From contig JBBTRT010000004.1 of NCBI GenBank assembly GCA_038065055.1, positions 13,677-77,676 of the forward strand: a stretch of DNA of 64,000 nt. The letters run 5' to 3'. This DNA comes from Patescibacteria group bacterium (GTDB lineage Bacteria > Patescibacteriota > Microgenomatia > UBA1400 > CG1-02-47-37). Below, piece after piece: positions 40,691 to 49,680 of the stretch. The number at the start of each line of letters is the position of its first letter. Within the stretch, counting starts at the first letter, position 1. The notes beneath the pieces were generated by a model that did not search any database, had not been told where the DNA came from, and saw only the letters and a program-made list of their open reading frames with translations. The position numbers and the translations under genes are program-made.

Positions 40691-41347
40691 TCACTCTTTA
40701 CAGTTTTTCGATTTTTGGTAGCCCGCGGCTTCTGCTTTTTCTTTTGAGTAAAACCATTCTTCGCCCATATTTTTCTCAATGATTGTAAATTCGTATTGGG
40801 CGCAGCCCGGATAGTAATAAATTTTCCGGCTTCGGGCATTATCGTCGATATTGCCTTTAATCTTGCATTTTGGTTCTGCCTTGTTTTCCGTTTGCCGGCA
40901 CATTTCGCTCCAGATACCAAGTTTATTTTCTCTGGCTGTTTCGCCGCTTGTTTTTAATTCTTGCCTTTTGGAAATTACATCGCTGTGATATTTAGCCCAG
41001 CCTGACTCAATCATTTTTTTGTTGACTAAAATATTATCCGAGTATACCAAAGCCATTGGCCTGGCTTTTAAATCCATGATTTTTTCTCTAATTTCCACTG
41101 TTTTCCCGTTAACTAATTTTTCCAGTTCTTTTTTTGCTTCTTCGCCTCCGCAAAACTTCAGCTCCGGCGCATCCACGCCCCGGAGTCGGATTTTCGCGTT
41201 GCCTTCCAGCACCAGCGTATCGCCGTCAATCACCCCTTCTACTTTATAGCCGTTTGGATTATTTTTATTTTCCTGCCACTGCCACAGATTTAACCCGATT
41301 GATGTTCCTAAAATTAAACCTATGATTATCTTGCCTAATTTTGCCAC
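40691..41347 (-). CDS. Thermonuclease (SNase) family protein
   Basis: VIDGDT, IRLRGVDAPE, CKIKGNI, KIYYYPGC. Confidence 0.9.
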   Translation of the reverse strand: MAKLGKIIIGLILGTSIGLNLWQWQENKNNPNGYKVEGVIDGDTLVLEGNAKIRLRGVDAPELKFCGGEEAKKELEKLVNGKTVEIREKIMDLKARPMALVYSDNILVNKKMIESGWAKYHSDVISKRQELKTSGETARENKLGIWSEMCRQTENKAEPKCKIKGNIDDNARSRKIYYYPGCAQYEFTIIEKNMGEEWFYSKEKAEAAGYQKSKNCKE

Positions 41348-41416
41348 TGATTAATTATAAACTCTTTTTATTTTACCAAGTAAACTTCCGGAAACCCTGG
41401 CAGAAGTCATTTAAGT

Positions 41417-41446
41417 ATCTTGCAACATCTTGCAACATCTTGCAAA
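41417..41446 (+). promoter_or_regulatory. Three tandem 10-bp repeats in the nuclease/Fic divergent promoter
   Basis: ATCTTGCAAC ATCTTGCAAC ATCTTGCAAA. Confidence 0.6.
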
Positions 41447-41463
41447 AAATAATATTATTAAGC

Positions 41464-42444
41464 ATGAAGCTTAATTATTATTTTCATTCCACCCCCAGTT
41501 TACAAAAATCAGAGCAGCGTTTATCAGTTTTATCTGAAACAACAAAACTATTACCCAATTTGTCAATCTTTGCGGTCAATTGGCAGCGTCAATCTTTATT
41601 AAAAAGTTCGCTTTTTTCTGCCCGGATCGAAGGCAATAATTTACAGCCACAGAATTTAACTGAAGTTTTTTCCTCGCCTAAGTCCAAGGCCAAACAGGAA
41701 ATTATTAACTTATATCGAGCCATGCGCTGGCTTTATTCCGGTCATTGTCCCAAGCGATTATCTCAAAATTTAATTCTTAAGCTTCATCAAATAACGATGC
41801 AAAATTTAATTTCTCCGGCTGGCCAGTGGCGCCGGGAAATGGGTGCAATTTTTAATCAGGCGGGAATGGCCGTTTATTTGTCTCCGCCTCCGGATGAAAT
41901 AATTCAGCTAATGGCTGATTTAATTAAACAAATCAATCAATCTCCAATCTCCGGTCCGGTTAAGGCCGCTCAGTTTCACTTTATCTTTGAAAAAATCCAT
42001 CCTTTTTTAGACGGTAATGGTCGCGTTGGCCGGTTAATCTCAAATTTTTTATTAAAACAATCAGGCTTTGATTTTAACGGCGCATTGATCCTAGAAGAAT
42101 ATTTAGCCAACAATCGTGAAATCTACTACGATTTATTGGCTGATAATTCCAAAGACATTACCCTGTTTGTAGAATTTTTCGTTCAGGGTTTGGTTATTCA
42201 GGCTGAAAAAATTATCACTGCCGCCAAAAACACCTCAACTAGTTCGGCAGATAATTTATTACCCCGGCGCCGGGAAATTTTAGCTATTATTCAAGATCAC
42301 CAAACGATTACTTTTGATTTTTTAAAACGCCGTTTTTTAAGTCTTCCGGCCCGAACCCTGCATTATGATTTAACGCAATTAATAAAATCCGGTTTTATTA
42401 AAAAAATTGGTATTACCCGAGGAGCGATCTATTCTGTAAAGTAA
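41464..42444 (+). CDS. Fic family protein with C-terminal winged HTH
   Basis: Start reassigned to ATG 41464; SARIEGN inhibitory motif; HPFLDGNGRVGR. Confidence 0.92.
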   Translation: MKLNYYFHSTPSLQKSEQRLSVLSETTKLLPNLSIFAVNWQRQSLLKSSLFSARIEGNNLQPQNLTEVFSSPKSKAKQEIINLYRAMRWLYSGHCPKRLSQNLILKLHQITMQNLISPAGQWRREMGAIFNQAGMAVYLSPPPDEIIQLMADLIKQINQSPISGPVKAAQFHFIFEKIHPFLDGNGRVGRLISNFLLKQSGFDFNGALILEEYLANNREIYYDLLADNSKDITLFVEFFVQGLVIQAEKIITAAKNTSTSSADNLLPRRREILAIIQDHQTITFDFLKRRFLSLPARTLHYDLTQLIKSGFIKKIGITRGAIYSVK

Positions 42445-42445
42445 T

Positions 42446-42493
42446 CTACCAGCTACCTCCGCCGCCGCCGCCGAAACCGCCGCCCGACGAACC
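42446..42493 (-). pseudogene. Orphan 3' remnant of a gene with Gly-rich tail (DUF2207/TPM-like)
   Basis: Minus strand reads GSSGGGFGGGGGGSW-stop; in-frame stop and no ATG upstream. Confidence 0.6.
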
Positions 42494-42539
42494 GCAAAAT
42501 GAATAATGGTAAAATAGGCTTTTATATCAATCTAATTAG

Positions 42540-42610
42540 TCGGGGAGCAGGGAATTGAACCCTGACGGCACGACCCCCAGCCGCGCATTCTACCGTTAAA
42601 TCACTCCCCG
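42540..42610 (-). tRNA. tRNA-Pro (GGG), CCA not encoded
   Basis: Reverse complement CGGGGAG...CGCGG-CTGGGGG-TCGTG...CAGGG-TTCAATT-CCCTG-CTCCCCG-A folds as a cloverleaf. Confidence 0.93.
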
Positions 42611-42638
42611 TAATTTAAGCTCAATTTTAACATAAATA

Positions 42639-42658
42639 TTTCTCCTTGACAGTTTCGG
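42639..42658 (+). repeat. 20-bp direct repeat, left copy
   Basis: TTTCTCCTTGACAGTTTCGG, identical to 43080-43099. Confidence 0.85.
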
Positions 42659-42681
42659 GTTTTATTTGATTAAATAAATTA

Positions 42682-42768
42682 ATGCTCAAGTGGAGAATTA
42701 CATATTATTCTCTTTCTTCAGGAAAATTTCCGGTCAAAGATTTTATTGATACTTTGAGTTGTTCTTGA
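42682..42768 (+). pseudogene. Truncated RelE/HigB (Gp49-like) toxin fragment
   Basis: MLKWRITYYSLSSGKFPVKDFIDTLSCS-stop resembles the toxin N-terminus; lies upstream of an XRE antitoxin. Confidence 0.6.
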
Positions 42769-42801
42769 CAAATATCGCAAAATTGTGATATTAATATCAC
42801 A
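42765..42801 (+). promoter_or_regulatory. Promoter/operator of XRE gene
   Basis: TTGACA then overlapping palindromes AATATCGCAA-AA-TTGTGATATT and TGTGATATT-AATATCACA. Confidence 0.6.
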
Positions 42802-42802
42802 T

Positions 42803-43078
42803 ATGGATTGGCAAACTCACAAAAAGCAATTATTAAAAAATCCTCATTTTAAAACCGCGTTAAAAAAAGATCATTTGGAGTACGAAATTGCCCGGGCTAT
42901 TATTAAAGCTCGATTTAAACACCAGCTTACTCAAAAACAATTAGCTAAAAAATTACACACCAAGCAGTCTGTTATTTCACGGGTAGAAAATGCTCAAACA
43001 ACCGCTTCGGTTTCTTTTCTTCAACGATTTGTAGGAATTTTTGGCGGAGAATTAAAAATTAGCTTTAGCGGCATTTAA
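42803..43078 (+). CDS. XRE/HigA-type HTH antitoxin
   Basis: Start ATG 42803; [22 protein letters not shown]. Confidence 0.88.
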   Translation: MDWQTHKKQLLKNPHFKTALKKDHLEYEIARAIIKARFKHQLTQKQLAKKLHTKQSVISRVENAQTTASVSFLQRFVGIFGGELKISFSGI

Positions 43079-43079
43079 T

Positions 43080-43115
43080 TTTCTCCTTGACAGTTTCGGT
43101 AAAACTTTGTTTAAT
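43080..43115 (+). promoter_or_regulatory. Right copy of 20-bp repeat providing the recA -35; recA promoter
   Basis: TTGACA(43087)-17-TTTAAT(43110), 6 nt before ATG. Confidence 0.65.
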
Positions 43116-43121
43116 GGGATT

Positions 43122-44174
43122 ATGACAACCGATCCTAAACTTCAGGCAATTAAAGTGGCAATGGAACAAATCGAAAAACAGTATGGTGCCGGTGCGATCA
43201 TGAAATTAGGCGACCGGAAACACCTGGAAGTTTCGGTTATCCCCACCGGTTCAGTCGCTTTAGACCTAGCCTTGGGTGTCGGCGGTTTGCCCCGCGGCCG
43301 GATTGCCGAAATTTACGGCCCCGAAGCTTCCGGCAAAACCACTCTTTGCTTGCATGTCATTGCTGAGGCGCAAAAAGCCGGCGGCACCGCCGCTTTTATC
43401 GATGCCGAACACGCGCTGGATCCCCAGCGGGCGGAATCAATTGGCGTTAAACTTAACGACCTGCTAATTTCCCAGCCGGACACCGGCGAGCAGGCTTTAG
43501 AAATTGTGGAAACTTTAATCCGCTCCGGCGCCATTGACGTCATTGTCATCGATTCCGTTGCCGCCCTGGTTCCCAAGGCCGAAATTGAAGGAGAAATGGG
43601 CGATTCCATGATGGGTTTACAGGCCAGGCTGATGAGCCAAGCCATGCGTAAATTGACCAGCGCTATTTCCAAATCCAACGCCGTGATTATTTTCACCAAT
43701 CAGCTCCGCATGAAAATCGGCGTCATGTTTGGCAACCCGGAGACCACTACCGGCGGCAAAGCGCTTAAATTTTATGCCTCGATCCGCTTGGATTGCCGGA
43801 AAATCGGCAACATTCAGGACGGCGAAACCATCATTGGTTCCCGCCACCGCATTAAAGTGGTCAAAAATAAAGTTGCGGCTCCATTCCGGGTGGCAGAGTT
43901 TGATATTTTAAATGTTGGCGGCATTTCCAAATTAGGCGACATTATTGATTTAGGGGTGGAGTGGGGTGTACTGGATAAATCCGGCAGTTTTTACAAATAT
44001 AACGGTGAAGTCATCGGCCAGGGCAAAGAAGCCGTTCGTCTGGTTTTAAAAGAAGATGCCAAATTAGCCAAAACCATTGAAACCGAAATTTGGAAAAAAG
44101 TTAAAGCCGATGAAGCCAACCCCCAATCTGCCGCCGACAAAAAACGCGCCAGAACCGCCAAAAAAGAAGCCTGA
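43122..44174 (+). CDS. recA: Recombinase A
   Basis: [25 protein letters not shown]; start ATG 43122. Confidence 0.99.
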   Translation: MTTDPKLQAIKVAMEQIEKQYGAGAIMKLGDRKHLEVSVIPTGSVALDLALGVGGLPRGRIAEIYGPEASGKTTLCLHVIAEAQKAGGTAAFIDAEHALDPQRAESIGVKLNDLLISQPDTGEQALEIVETLIRSGAIDVIVIDSVAALVPKAEIEGEMGDSMMGLQARLMSQAMRKLTSAISKSNAVIIFTNQLRMKIGVMFGNPETTTGGKALKFYASIRLDCRKIGNIQDGETIIGSRHRIKVVKNKVAAPFRVAEFDILNVGGISKLGDIIDLGVEWGVLDKSGSFYKYNGEVIGQGKEAVRLVLKEDAKLAKTIETEIWKKVKADEANPQSAADKKRARTAKKEA

Positions 44175-44550
44175 ATACTTTTTAAACCGGGCGATTAAAT
44201 TACTGTCTTACCGCCCCCGCAGTGTTTTTGAAATTTCTTCCCGCTTGCGCCGCGCCGGCGCCGACTTACCCGTCATTAATCAGGTAATTGTCAAATTAAC
44301 CGACTTGGACTTATTAAACGATCTTAAATTTGCCCAGTGGTGGGTCGAACAACGCGTTAACGCCAGTCCTCGCGGCAATCGGGCTTTAAGTGCCGAATTA
44401 TTCCAAAAAGGCCTCAGCCGGGACATTATTAACCAGGTTTTATTATCTTTTGAGGCAGAAATAGCTTTAGCCGAAAAATTACCGCCTAATAAGAGGCTTA
44501 GCCGGGGATTTTCTTGGCGGGTTATTGACGCTTTGGCCAAAAAAGAGTAG
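44110..44550 (+). CDS. recX: Regulatory protein RecX (start uncertain)
   Basis: [27 protein letters not shown]; follows recA. Confidence 0.85.
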   Translation: MKPTPNLPPTKNAPEPPKKKPEYFLNRAIKLLSYRPRSVFEISSRLRRAGADLPVINQVIVKLTDLDLLNDLKFAQWWVEQRVNASPRGNRALSAELFQKGLSRDIINQVLLSFEAEIALAEKLPPNKRLSRGFSWRVIDALAKKE

Positions 44551-44669
44551 AATATCTCTATTGATAAATGGTATTAGAAGAAAAAATGTTATTAAACTTA
44601 ATTTCAGCTTATTCCTCTTCCCCAGCTCCCTTGGCGGAGTAGTCCGACGTTACGTCGGACCCATTTATC
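44525..44669 (+). promoter_or_regulatory. rny promoter and structured 5' leader
   Basis: TTGACG-17-TAGAAT; GATAAATGG/CCATTTATC closing stem; perfect GTCCGACGT-T-ACGTCGGAC hairpin at 44642-44660. Confidence 0.6.
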
Positions 44670-44698
44670 TTATTGTTAAATTGTAGTTAGGAGTTATT

Positions 44699-46195
44699 AT
44701 GTCGTTTTTAAAACGTTTTATTGGTATTGTCAGCGGTCAATCTAAGCCGGTTCATCAGCCTCAGCCGAAAGTTAATCACCCTCAGGTTCAGTCTCAACCC
44801 AAGCCCCAGCCGGTGGTTAATCAAATCAAGTTGGCGGAAATTGAAGCCCGGGCCCGGGAAATTATCATCGAAGCCAAAGATCAGGCTTTGCAAATTAAAA
44901 CCCAAGCTCAAAGCCTTAAAGACGAAGCTTTCAAAAAAGTCGCGGAAATCGATCATCGCTTAGGTGCCGTTGAACAGCGGGAAAAAACCGTTAGCGGTCA
45001 AGAAAATAGGCTTCAGTCAGAATTAAAACAGGCCGAAACTTTAAAACAGCAGCAGCTGGAAAAACTCGAAGCCATTGCCCGCTTAAAGCGCGACGAAGCC
45101 AAAGATTTAATCATGAAAGCTTATGAAAAACGCTTGACCCGGGACGTGGCCCAAATTATTACCGAGGCCGAAGATCAAGCTAAAGCCACCGCCGAAGAAA
45201 AAGCCAAAGAAATTTTAGTTGAAGCTATGCGCCACGGTGCCACTGACTATGTGGCTGAATACACGGTTTCCCTGGTCAAAGTGGCCGATGACGAAGCCAA
45301 GGGCCGGGTAATTGGCCGTGAAGGCCGCAATATCCGGACTTTTGAAAAAGTCACCGGCGTCGAAGTCGACCTGGACGAACCGGGCGTCATCCGTTTGTCT
45401 TGTTTTGATTCCATCCGCCGGGAAATTGCCCGGGTGACGTTAGAAAAATTAATCGCCGACGGCCGGATTCAGCCGCTTCGCATCGAAGAAATTTATCAGC
45501 GCACCAAGCTGGATATTGAACGGATCATGCACCAGGAAGGCGAAAAACTTTGCCATTCCATGAAAGTTTTCAACTTGCCGGTGGTGATTGTCGACATGCT
45601 GGGCCGGTTTAAATACCGTTTTTCTTACGGCCAAAACATGATCGCCCACACCATGGAGGAAACCAAGATTGGGATTAAGCTGGCTAGCGAAGTCGGCGCC
45701 GACCCCAACATTGTTCGTTTGGGTTGTTTGCTTCACGATATCGGTAAAGTTATCGACGAAGAAGAAGGCACCCACGTCGAGCTAGGCGTTAAGTTTTTAC
45801 GCCAGCATCGGATTCCCGAAGCGGTAATAAATTGCGTGGCCGAACACCACGAAGACAAGCCGTTTTCGTCCCTGGAGTCGACCCTGGTCTATATTGCCGA
45901 TGCCATTTCCGGTTCCCGTCCGGGCGCCCGGTATGAGGACCATGAGGCCTATTTAACCCGTATGACCCAGCTGGAAAAAATTGCCACTTCTTTCGATGGC
46001 GTTGATTCCGCCTTTGCCATTCAGGCCGGCCGTGAAGTCCGCGTCATCGTTAACCCCAAGGTCTACGACGATGCTGGCAGTATCAAATTGGCCAGCGATG
46101 TCCGCGACAAAATCAAAGAAGAGGTTAAAGCCTTTCCTGGTCAAATTAAAGTTACGGTTATCCGCGAAACCCGTTCCGAAGCAATTGCCCATTGA
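44699..46195 (+). CDS. rny: Ribonuclease Y
   Basis: Coiled coil, KH KGRVIGREGRNIR, HD LLHDIGK, SRPGAR, AIQAGREVRV. Confidence 0.97.
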   Translation: MSFLKRFIGIVSGQSKPVHQPQPKVNHPQVQSQPKPQPVVNQIKLAEIEARAREIIIEAKDQALQIKTQAQSLKDEAFKKVAEIDHRLGAVEQREKTVSGQENRLQSELKQAETLKQQQLEKLEAIARLKRDEAKDLIMKAYEKRLTRDVAQIITEAEDQAKATAEEKAKEILVEAMRHGATDYVAEYTVSLVKVADDEAKGRVIGREGRNIRTFEKVTGVEVDLDEPGVIRLSCFDSIRREIARVTLEKLIADGRIQPLRIEEIYQRTKLDIERIMHQEGEKLCHSMKVFNLPVVIVDMLGRFKYRFSYGQNMIAHTMEETKIGIKLASEVGADPNIVRLGCLLHDIGKVIDEEEGTHVELGVKFLRQHRIPEAVINCVAEHHEDKPFSSLESTLVYIADAISGSRPGARYEDHEAYLTRMTQLEKIATSFDGVDSAFAIQAGREVRVIVNPKVYDDAGSIKLASDVRDKIKEEVKAFPGQIKVTVIRETRSEAIAH

Positions 46196-46230
46196 TTTAG
46201 CTTGATACAACAGCTATAATTTTAATTCAA

Positions 46231-46506
46231 ATGACTAAAGCGGAAATTTTTGAGATTATTGCTAAAAAAGCCCATCTGACCAAAAAAGCAGCCAGTGAAG
46301 CCATCGACGCTTTTTTGGATGAAATTATTCGCCAGATAGATAAAGGTGAAAAGGTGGTTTTATCCGGCTTTGGTACCTTCAAAATTTCCAAAGTCAAAGA
46401 TAAAAAAGGCCGTAATCCTCAAACCGGCGAAGACTTAATCATCCGCGGCCACCGCGTTGTCCGTTTCCTCGTCGGCAAAACCCTCAAACGCCTCGTCAAG
46501 AAATAA
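46231..46506 (+). CDS. hup: HU family DNA-binding protein
   Basis: GFGTF, GRNPQTGE. Confidence 0.95.
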   Translation: MTKAEIFEIIAKKAHLTKKAASEAIDAFLDEIIRQIDKGEKVVLSGFGTFKISKVKDKKGRNPQTGEDLIIRGHRVVRFLVGKTLKRLVKK

Positions 46507-46531
46507 CCTGAATTAGTGTTACAATTTTTTC

Positions 46532-47329
46532 ATGAGAAAGCTATTGGCTTATTTTCGCGTTGCCTTAATCGATGCCTTTATTTACCGGGCCACCGGTTTT
46601 ATTTGGATGCTAAACGACGTCGGTCCGGCAGTCATTGCCTTAATTTTTTGGTCGGCCGCCTTTACCACTCATTCCAGTTTTGCCGGCTACACCTTCCCTC
46701 AAATGCTGCTTTATTATCTCGGCATTATGTTTGTTAATAATGTCATTAATACCCAGCCGCAGTTTTTTCTCTCCGAAGAAATCCGCTCCGGTGACTTTTC
46801 TAACTATTTATTAAAACCGATTAATCTGGCTCTGTTTAAATTTGCCAGCAACAGCTCCTGGCGTTTTGTCCGCTTAATGTTTATTGTCCCCACGTTGTTG
46901 CTGGTGGCCAAGTTATTTTCTTTGGATTTAAGTCTGCTCCATCTGTCTTTTTTCCGTTGGGGTTTGATTATTTTTAGTTTAATTATGGCCTTTGGGATTA
47001 ATTTTTTCTTAAAATTAACTCTTGGCTTAACCACAATTTGGTTTGAAGAGTCGGGCTGGTTGTTTTTCGGCTTTGTGATTTTAGGCACTTTTTTAAGCGG
47101 TGAGCTAATTCCGCTCGACTTTTTTCCAGCTGGTTTATTAGCCGTGAATAATTTTTTACCCTTTAAATATATGCTTTATTTTCCGCTCTCGATTTTGTTA
47201 AATCGTTTATCCGGCCAAGAGTTATTTTTCGGTTTACTGTTTCAATTTGCCTGGTGTTTATTTGCCTATGGCTTATATCGTTTAGTTTTTCACCGCGGCA
47301 GCCGGATTTATTCTGCCTATGGCGGTTAA
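46532..47329 (+). CDS. ABC-2 family transporter permease (family 6, subunit type 1)
   Basis: EEIRSGDFSNYLLKP, SGELIPLDFFP, LPFKY. Confidence 0.85.
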   Translation: MRKLLAYFRVALIDAFIYRATGFIWMLNDVGPAVIALIFWSAAFTTHSSFAGYTFPQMLLYYLGIMFVNNVINTQPQFFLSEEIRSGDFSNYLLKPINLALFKFASNSSWRFVRLMFIVPTLLLVAKLFSLDLSLLHLSFFRWGLIIFSLIMAFGINFFLKLTLGLTTIWFEESGWLFFGFVILGTFLSGELIPLDFFPAGLLAVNNFLPFKYMLYFPLSILLNRLSGQELFFGLLFQFAWCLFAYGLYRLVFHRGSRIYSAYGG

Positions 47330-47332
47330 ACT

Positions 47333-48121
47333 ATGATTCGTTATTTAAAACTTTACCGGGCTTTTTTTATCAACTGCTTAGTCAGGGAAATGGAATTCCG
47401 TGCTCATTTCTTTCTTAGCAACTTGATCAGTATTTCCTGGTCAGCCGTGTTTCTGTTAACTTATTTTTTTATTTTTCGCCAGACCAGCAGTGTTAACGGT
47501 TGGACCCTGGAACAAATGTTATTATTAACCGCGATTTATTTTCTGGCCGACCGGGTTTACGACAGTTTTCTGGAAATGAATTTTGAAGATTTTGTTAACC
47601 TGGTGAACACCGGCCGGTTGGACTTAATTTTAACCAAGCCAGTCAATTCTCAATTTATTGTTTCTTTACGCCGCTTTTCTTTTAGTTTTACCATTAGTTC
47701 CTTAATGATGTTTGGTTTATTAGTTTATTTAGTGGTCCATTATTTTTGGCCTTTGCCTTTAATTAATCTTTTGGTCGGTTTATTGATTTTTATTGCCGGT
47801 TTAGTCATCAGCTATTCTTTATGGTTCATGACCTTATTGCCTGTCTTTTGGTGGGGCCGGGTGGATAATATCCAGCACTTATTCCGGCCCTTTCACCAGT
47901 TGAGCCGGATTCCGATCGACATTACCGGTCGGTTTATCCAGCCGTTGTTTACTTTTATTTTCCCCTTGGCTTTTATTGCCACAGTTCCTACCCAAGCCTT
48001 AACCGGTCAACTAAATTGGCCCTTAATTGGTTATGGCGTTTTCGCTGCCGCTTTATTATTCTATCTTTCTCACCGCCTGTGGAACTTCGCTTTGCGTCAC
48101 TATACCTCTGCTTCCTCATAA
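47333..48121 (+). CDS. ABC-2 family transporter permease (subunit type 2)
   Basis: GRLDLILTKP, PLAFIATVP, RHYTSASS. Confidence 0.85.
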   Translation: MIRYLKLYRAFFINCLVREMEFRAHFFLSNLISISWSAVFLLTYFFIFRQTSSVNGWTLEQMLLLTAIYFLADRVYDSFLEMNFEDFVNLVNTGRLDLILTKPVNSQFIVSLRRFSFSFTISSLMMFGLLVYLVVHYFWPLPLINLLVGLLIFIAGLVISYSLWFMTLLPVFWWGRVDNIQHLFRPFHQLSRIPIDITGRFIQPLFTFIFPLAFIATVPTQALTGQLNWPLIGYGVFAAALLFYLSHRLWNFALRHYTSASS

Positions 48122-48125
48122 GTCC

Positions 48126-48154
48126 TTGACAAAGGACTATTTAGGGACTAATAT
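48126..48154 (+). promoter_or_regulatory. TA promoter
   Basis: TTGACA-17-TAATAT with a GGACTA direct repeat. Confidence 0.55.
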
Positions 48155-48161
48155 TAAGTAT

Positions 48162-48407
48162 ATGGATACAATTCAACTGAAAGTCACTCTACCGGTAGAG
48201 CTTTATGATTATTTAGAGTCGAAAGCTCAGCGTTTTGGCTTAGCCATGGCCACTTATATTAAACACTTAGTCATTAAAGACGTGGAAGATATGGATTTGC
48301 CCACTTATAAAATGAGCGCTAAAACCGAAGCCGTTGCCCTCCAGGCTCTCAAAGATCACCGGGCTGGAAAAACTAAACTTCTTCGGTCGATTGATGATTT
48401 GTTATGA
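48162..48407 (+). CDS. RHH-type antitoxin
   Basis: Start ATG 48162; LKVTLP...ATYIKHLV; ATGA overlap with toxin. Confidence 0.75.
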   Translation: MDTIQLKVTLPVELYDYLESKAQRFGLAMATYIKHLVIKDVEDMDLPTYKMSAKTEAVALQALKDHRAGKTKLLRSIDDLL

Positions 48408-48664
48408 AGATTTTTTTCACTGCGCATTTCCGCCGGGCATATAAACAACACTGTAAGAAAAATCCTCAATTAAAAACAAAAATCGAACGGCAAATCAATT
48501 TTTTTCGGAAAAATATTCTTCATCCATCTTTACGGGTTCACAAACTTAAAGGCAAAAGAAGCGATCAAATGGCTTTTTGGATTGAAAACAATTTACGGAT
48601 TGCCTATATCAAAGATGATTCAGATTTTATCTTAACTGATATTATCACCCACGACGAATATTAA
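48404..48664 (+). CDS. RelE/YafQ-like toxin
   Basis: HPSLRVHKLKG, FWIENNLRI, THDEY. Confidence 0.82.
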   Translation: MKIFFTAHFRRAYKQHCKKNPQLKTKIERQINFFRKNILHPSLRVHKLKGKRSDQMAFWIENNLRIAYIKDDSDFILTDIITHDEY

Positions 48665-48689
48665 TAAACTTTCGTGCTAGAATTGGGTC

Positions 48690-49679
48690 ATGGCATTAAT
48701 CTCTGTTTCTCATCTCAAAAAATACTACCGGGTTTACAAAAAAGAGCCGGGCTTAAGCGGTTCCCTTAAATCTTTATTCCACCGTAAATATGAAGACGTA
48801 AAGGCTGTTAATAATGTTTCTTTTGATATTAAAGAAGGGGAATTAGTCGGTTTTATCGGTCCCAACGGCGCCGGCAAAACTACCACTTTAAAAGTTTTAT
48901 CCGGCCTGCTTTATCCGACTTCCGGCAAGGTTTCAGTTTTAGGTTTTATTCCGTTTGACCGTCAGCCCCAGTTCCAAAAACAGTTTTCTTTGGTCATGGG
49001 CCAGAAAAATCAATTATGGTGGGATTTGCCGGCCCTGGACTCTTTTCTGCTTAATAAGGAAATTTACGAAATTCCTACGCAGCAATTTAATCAAACTTTA
49101 GCGGAGTTGGTCAAGATGCTGGATTTGGGCGAAGTCCTAAAAGTTCAGGTGCGTAAGCTGTCTTTGGGCCAGCGGATGAAGTGTGAATTAGTGGCCGCTC
49201 TACTTCATTTGCCTAAAGTGTTATTTTTAGATGAGCCGACGATTGGTTTGGACGTGGTGATGCAGCAGAAAATCCGCGATTTCATCAAAGGTTATAACCA
49301 AAAATATAAAGCCACAATTATTCTTACTTCCCACTACATGGATGATGTGAAAGAATTATGCAGCAGGGTAATTATTATTGATAAGGGAAAGATTTTTTTC
49401 GACGGTAAGCTGGATGCGATTATTAAAAAATACGCCGACCATAAAATTTTGGAATTAGTGTTTTCCGGTCCGGTCACCAAATCAGATTTTAGCGTGATTC
49501 CGGCCGCCAAAATTAAAGACTTTGATTTGCCCCGGGTGACTTTTTCCGTTCCCCGCGATTCTGCCAATGAAGTTGCCGCCAAACTGTTAACCAAGTTTCC
49601 TGTTGCCGATCTCAATATTACTGAGCCGTCGATTGAAGATATTATCCGCGAAGTTTTTACCGGCCGGGACATGTCTTAA
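48690..49679 (+). CDS. ABC transporter ATP-binding protein
   Basis: GPNGAGKTT, LSLGQ, LDEPT, TSH. Confidence 0.95.
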   Translation: MALISVSHLKKYYRVYKKEPGLSGSLKSLFHRKYEDVKAVNNVSFDIKEGELVGFIGPNGAGKTTTLKVLSGLLYPTSGKVSVLGFIPFDRQPQFQKQFSLVMGQKNQLWWDLPALDSFLLNKEIYEIPTQQFNQTLAELVKMLDLGEVLKVQVRKLSLGQRMKCELVAALLHLPKVLFLDEPTIGLDVVMQQKIRDFIKGYNQKYKATIILTSHYMDDVKELCSRVIIIDKGKIFFDGKLDAIIKKYADHKILELVFSGPVTKSDFSVIPAAKIKDFDLPRVTFSVPRDSANEVAAKLLTKFPVADLNITEPSIEDIIREVFTGRDMS

Positions 49680-49680
49680 A

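Noticed and set aside
42455-42485. GCC microsatellite / phase-variation tract
   Set aside because: Better explained as Gly codons of a gene remnant on the minus strand
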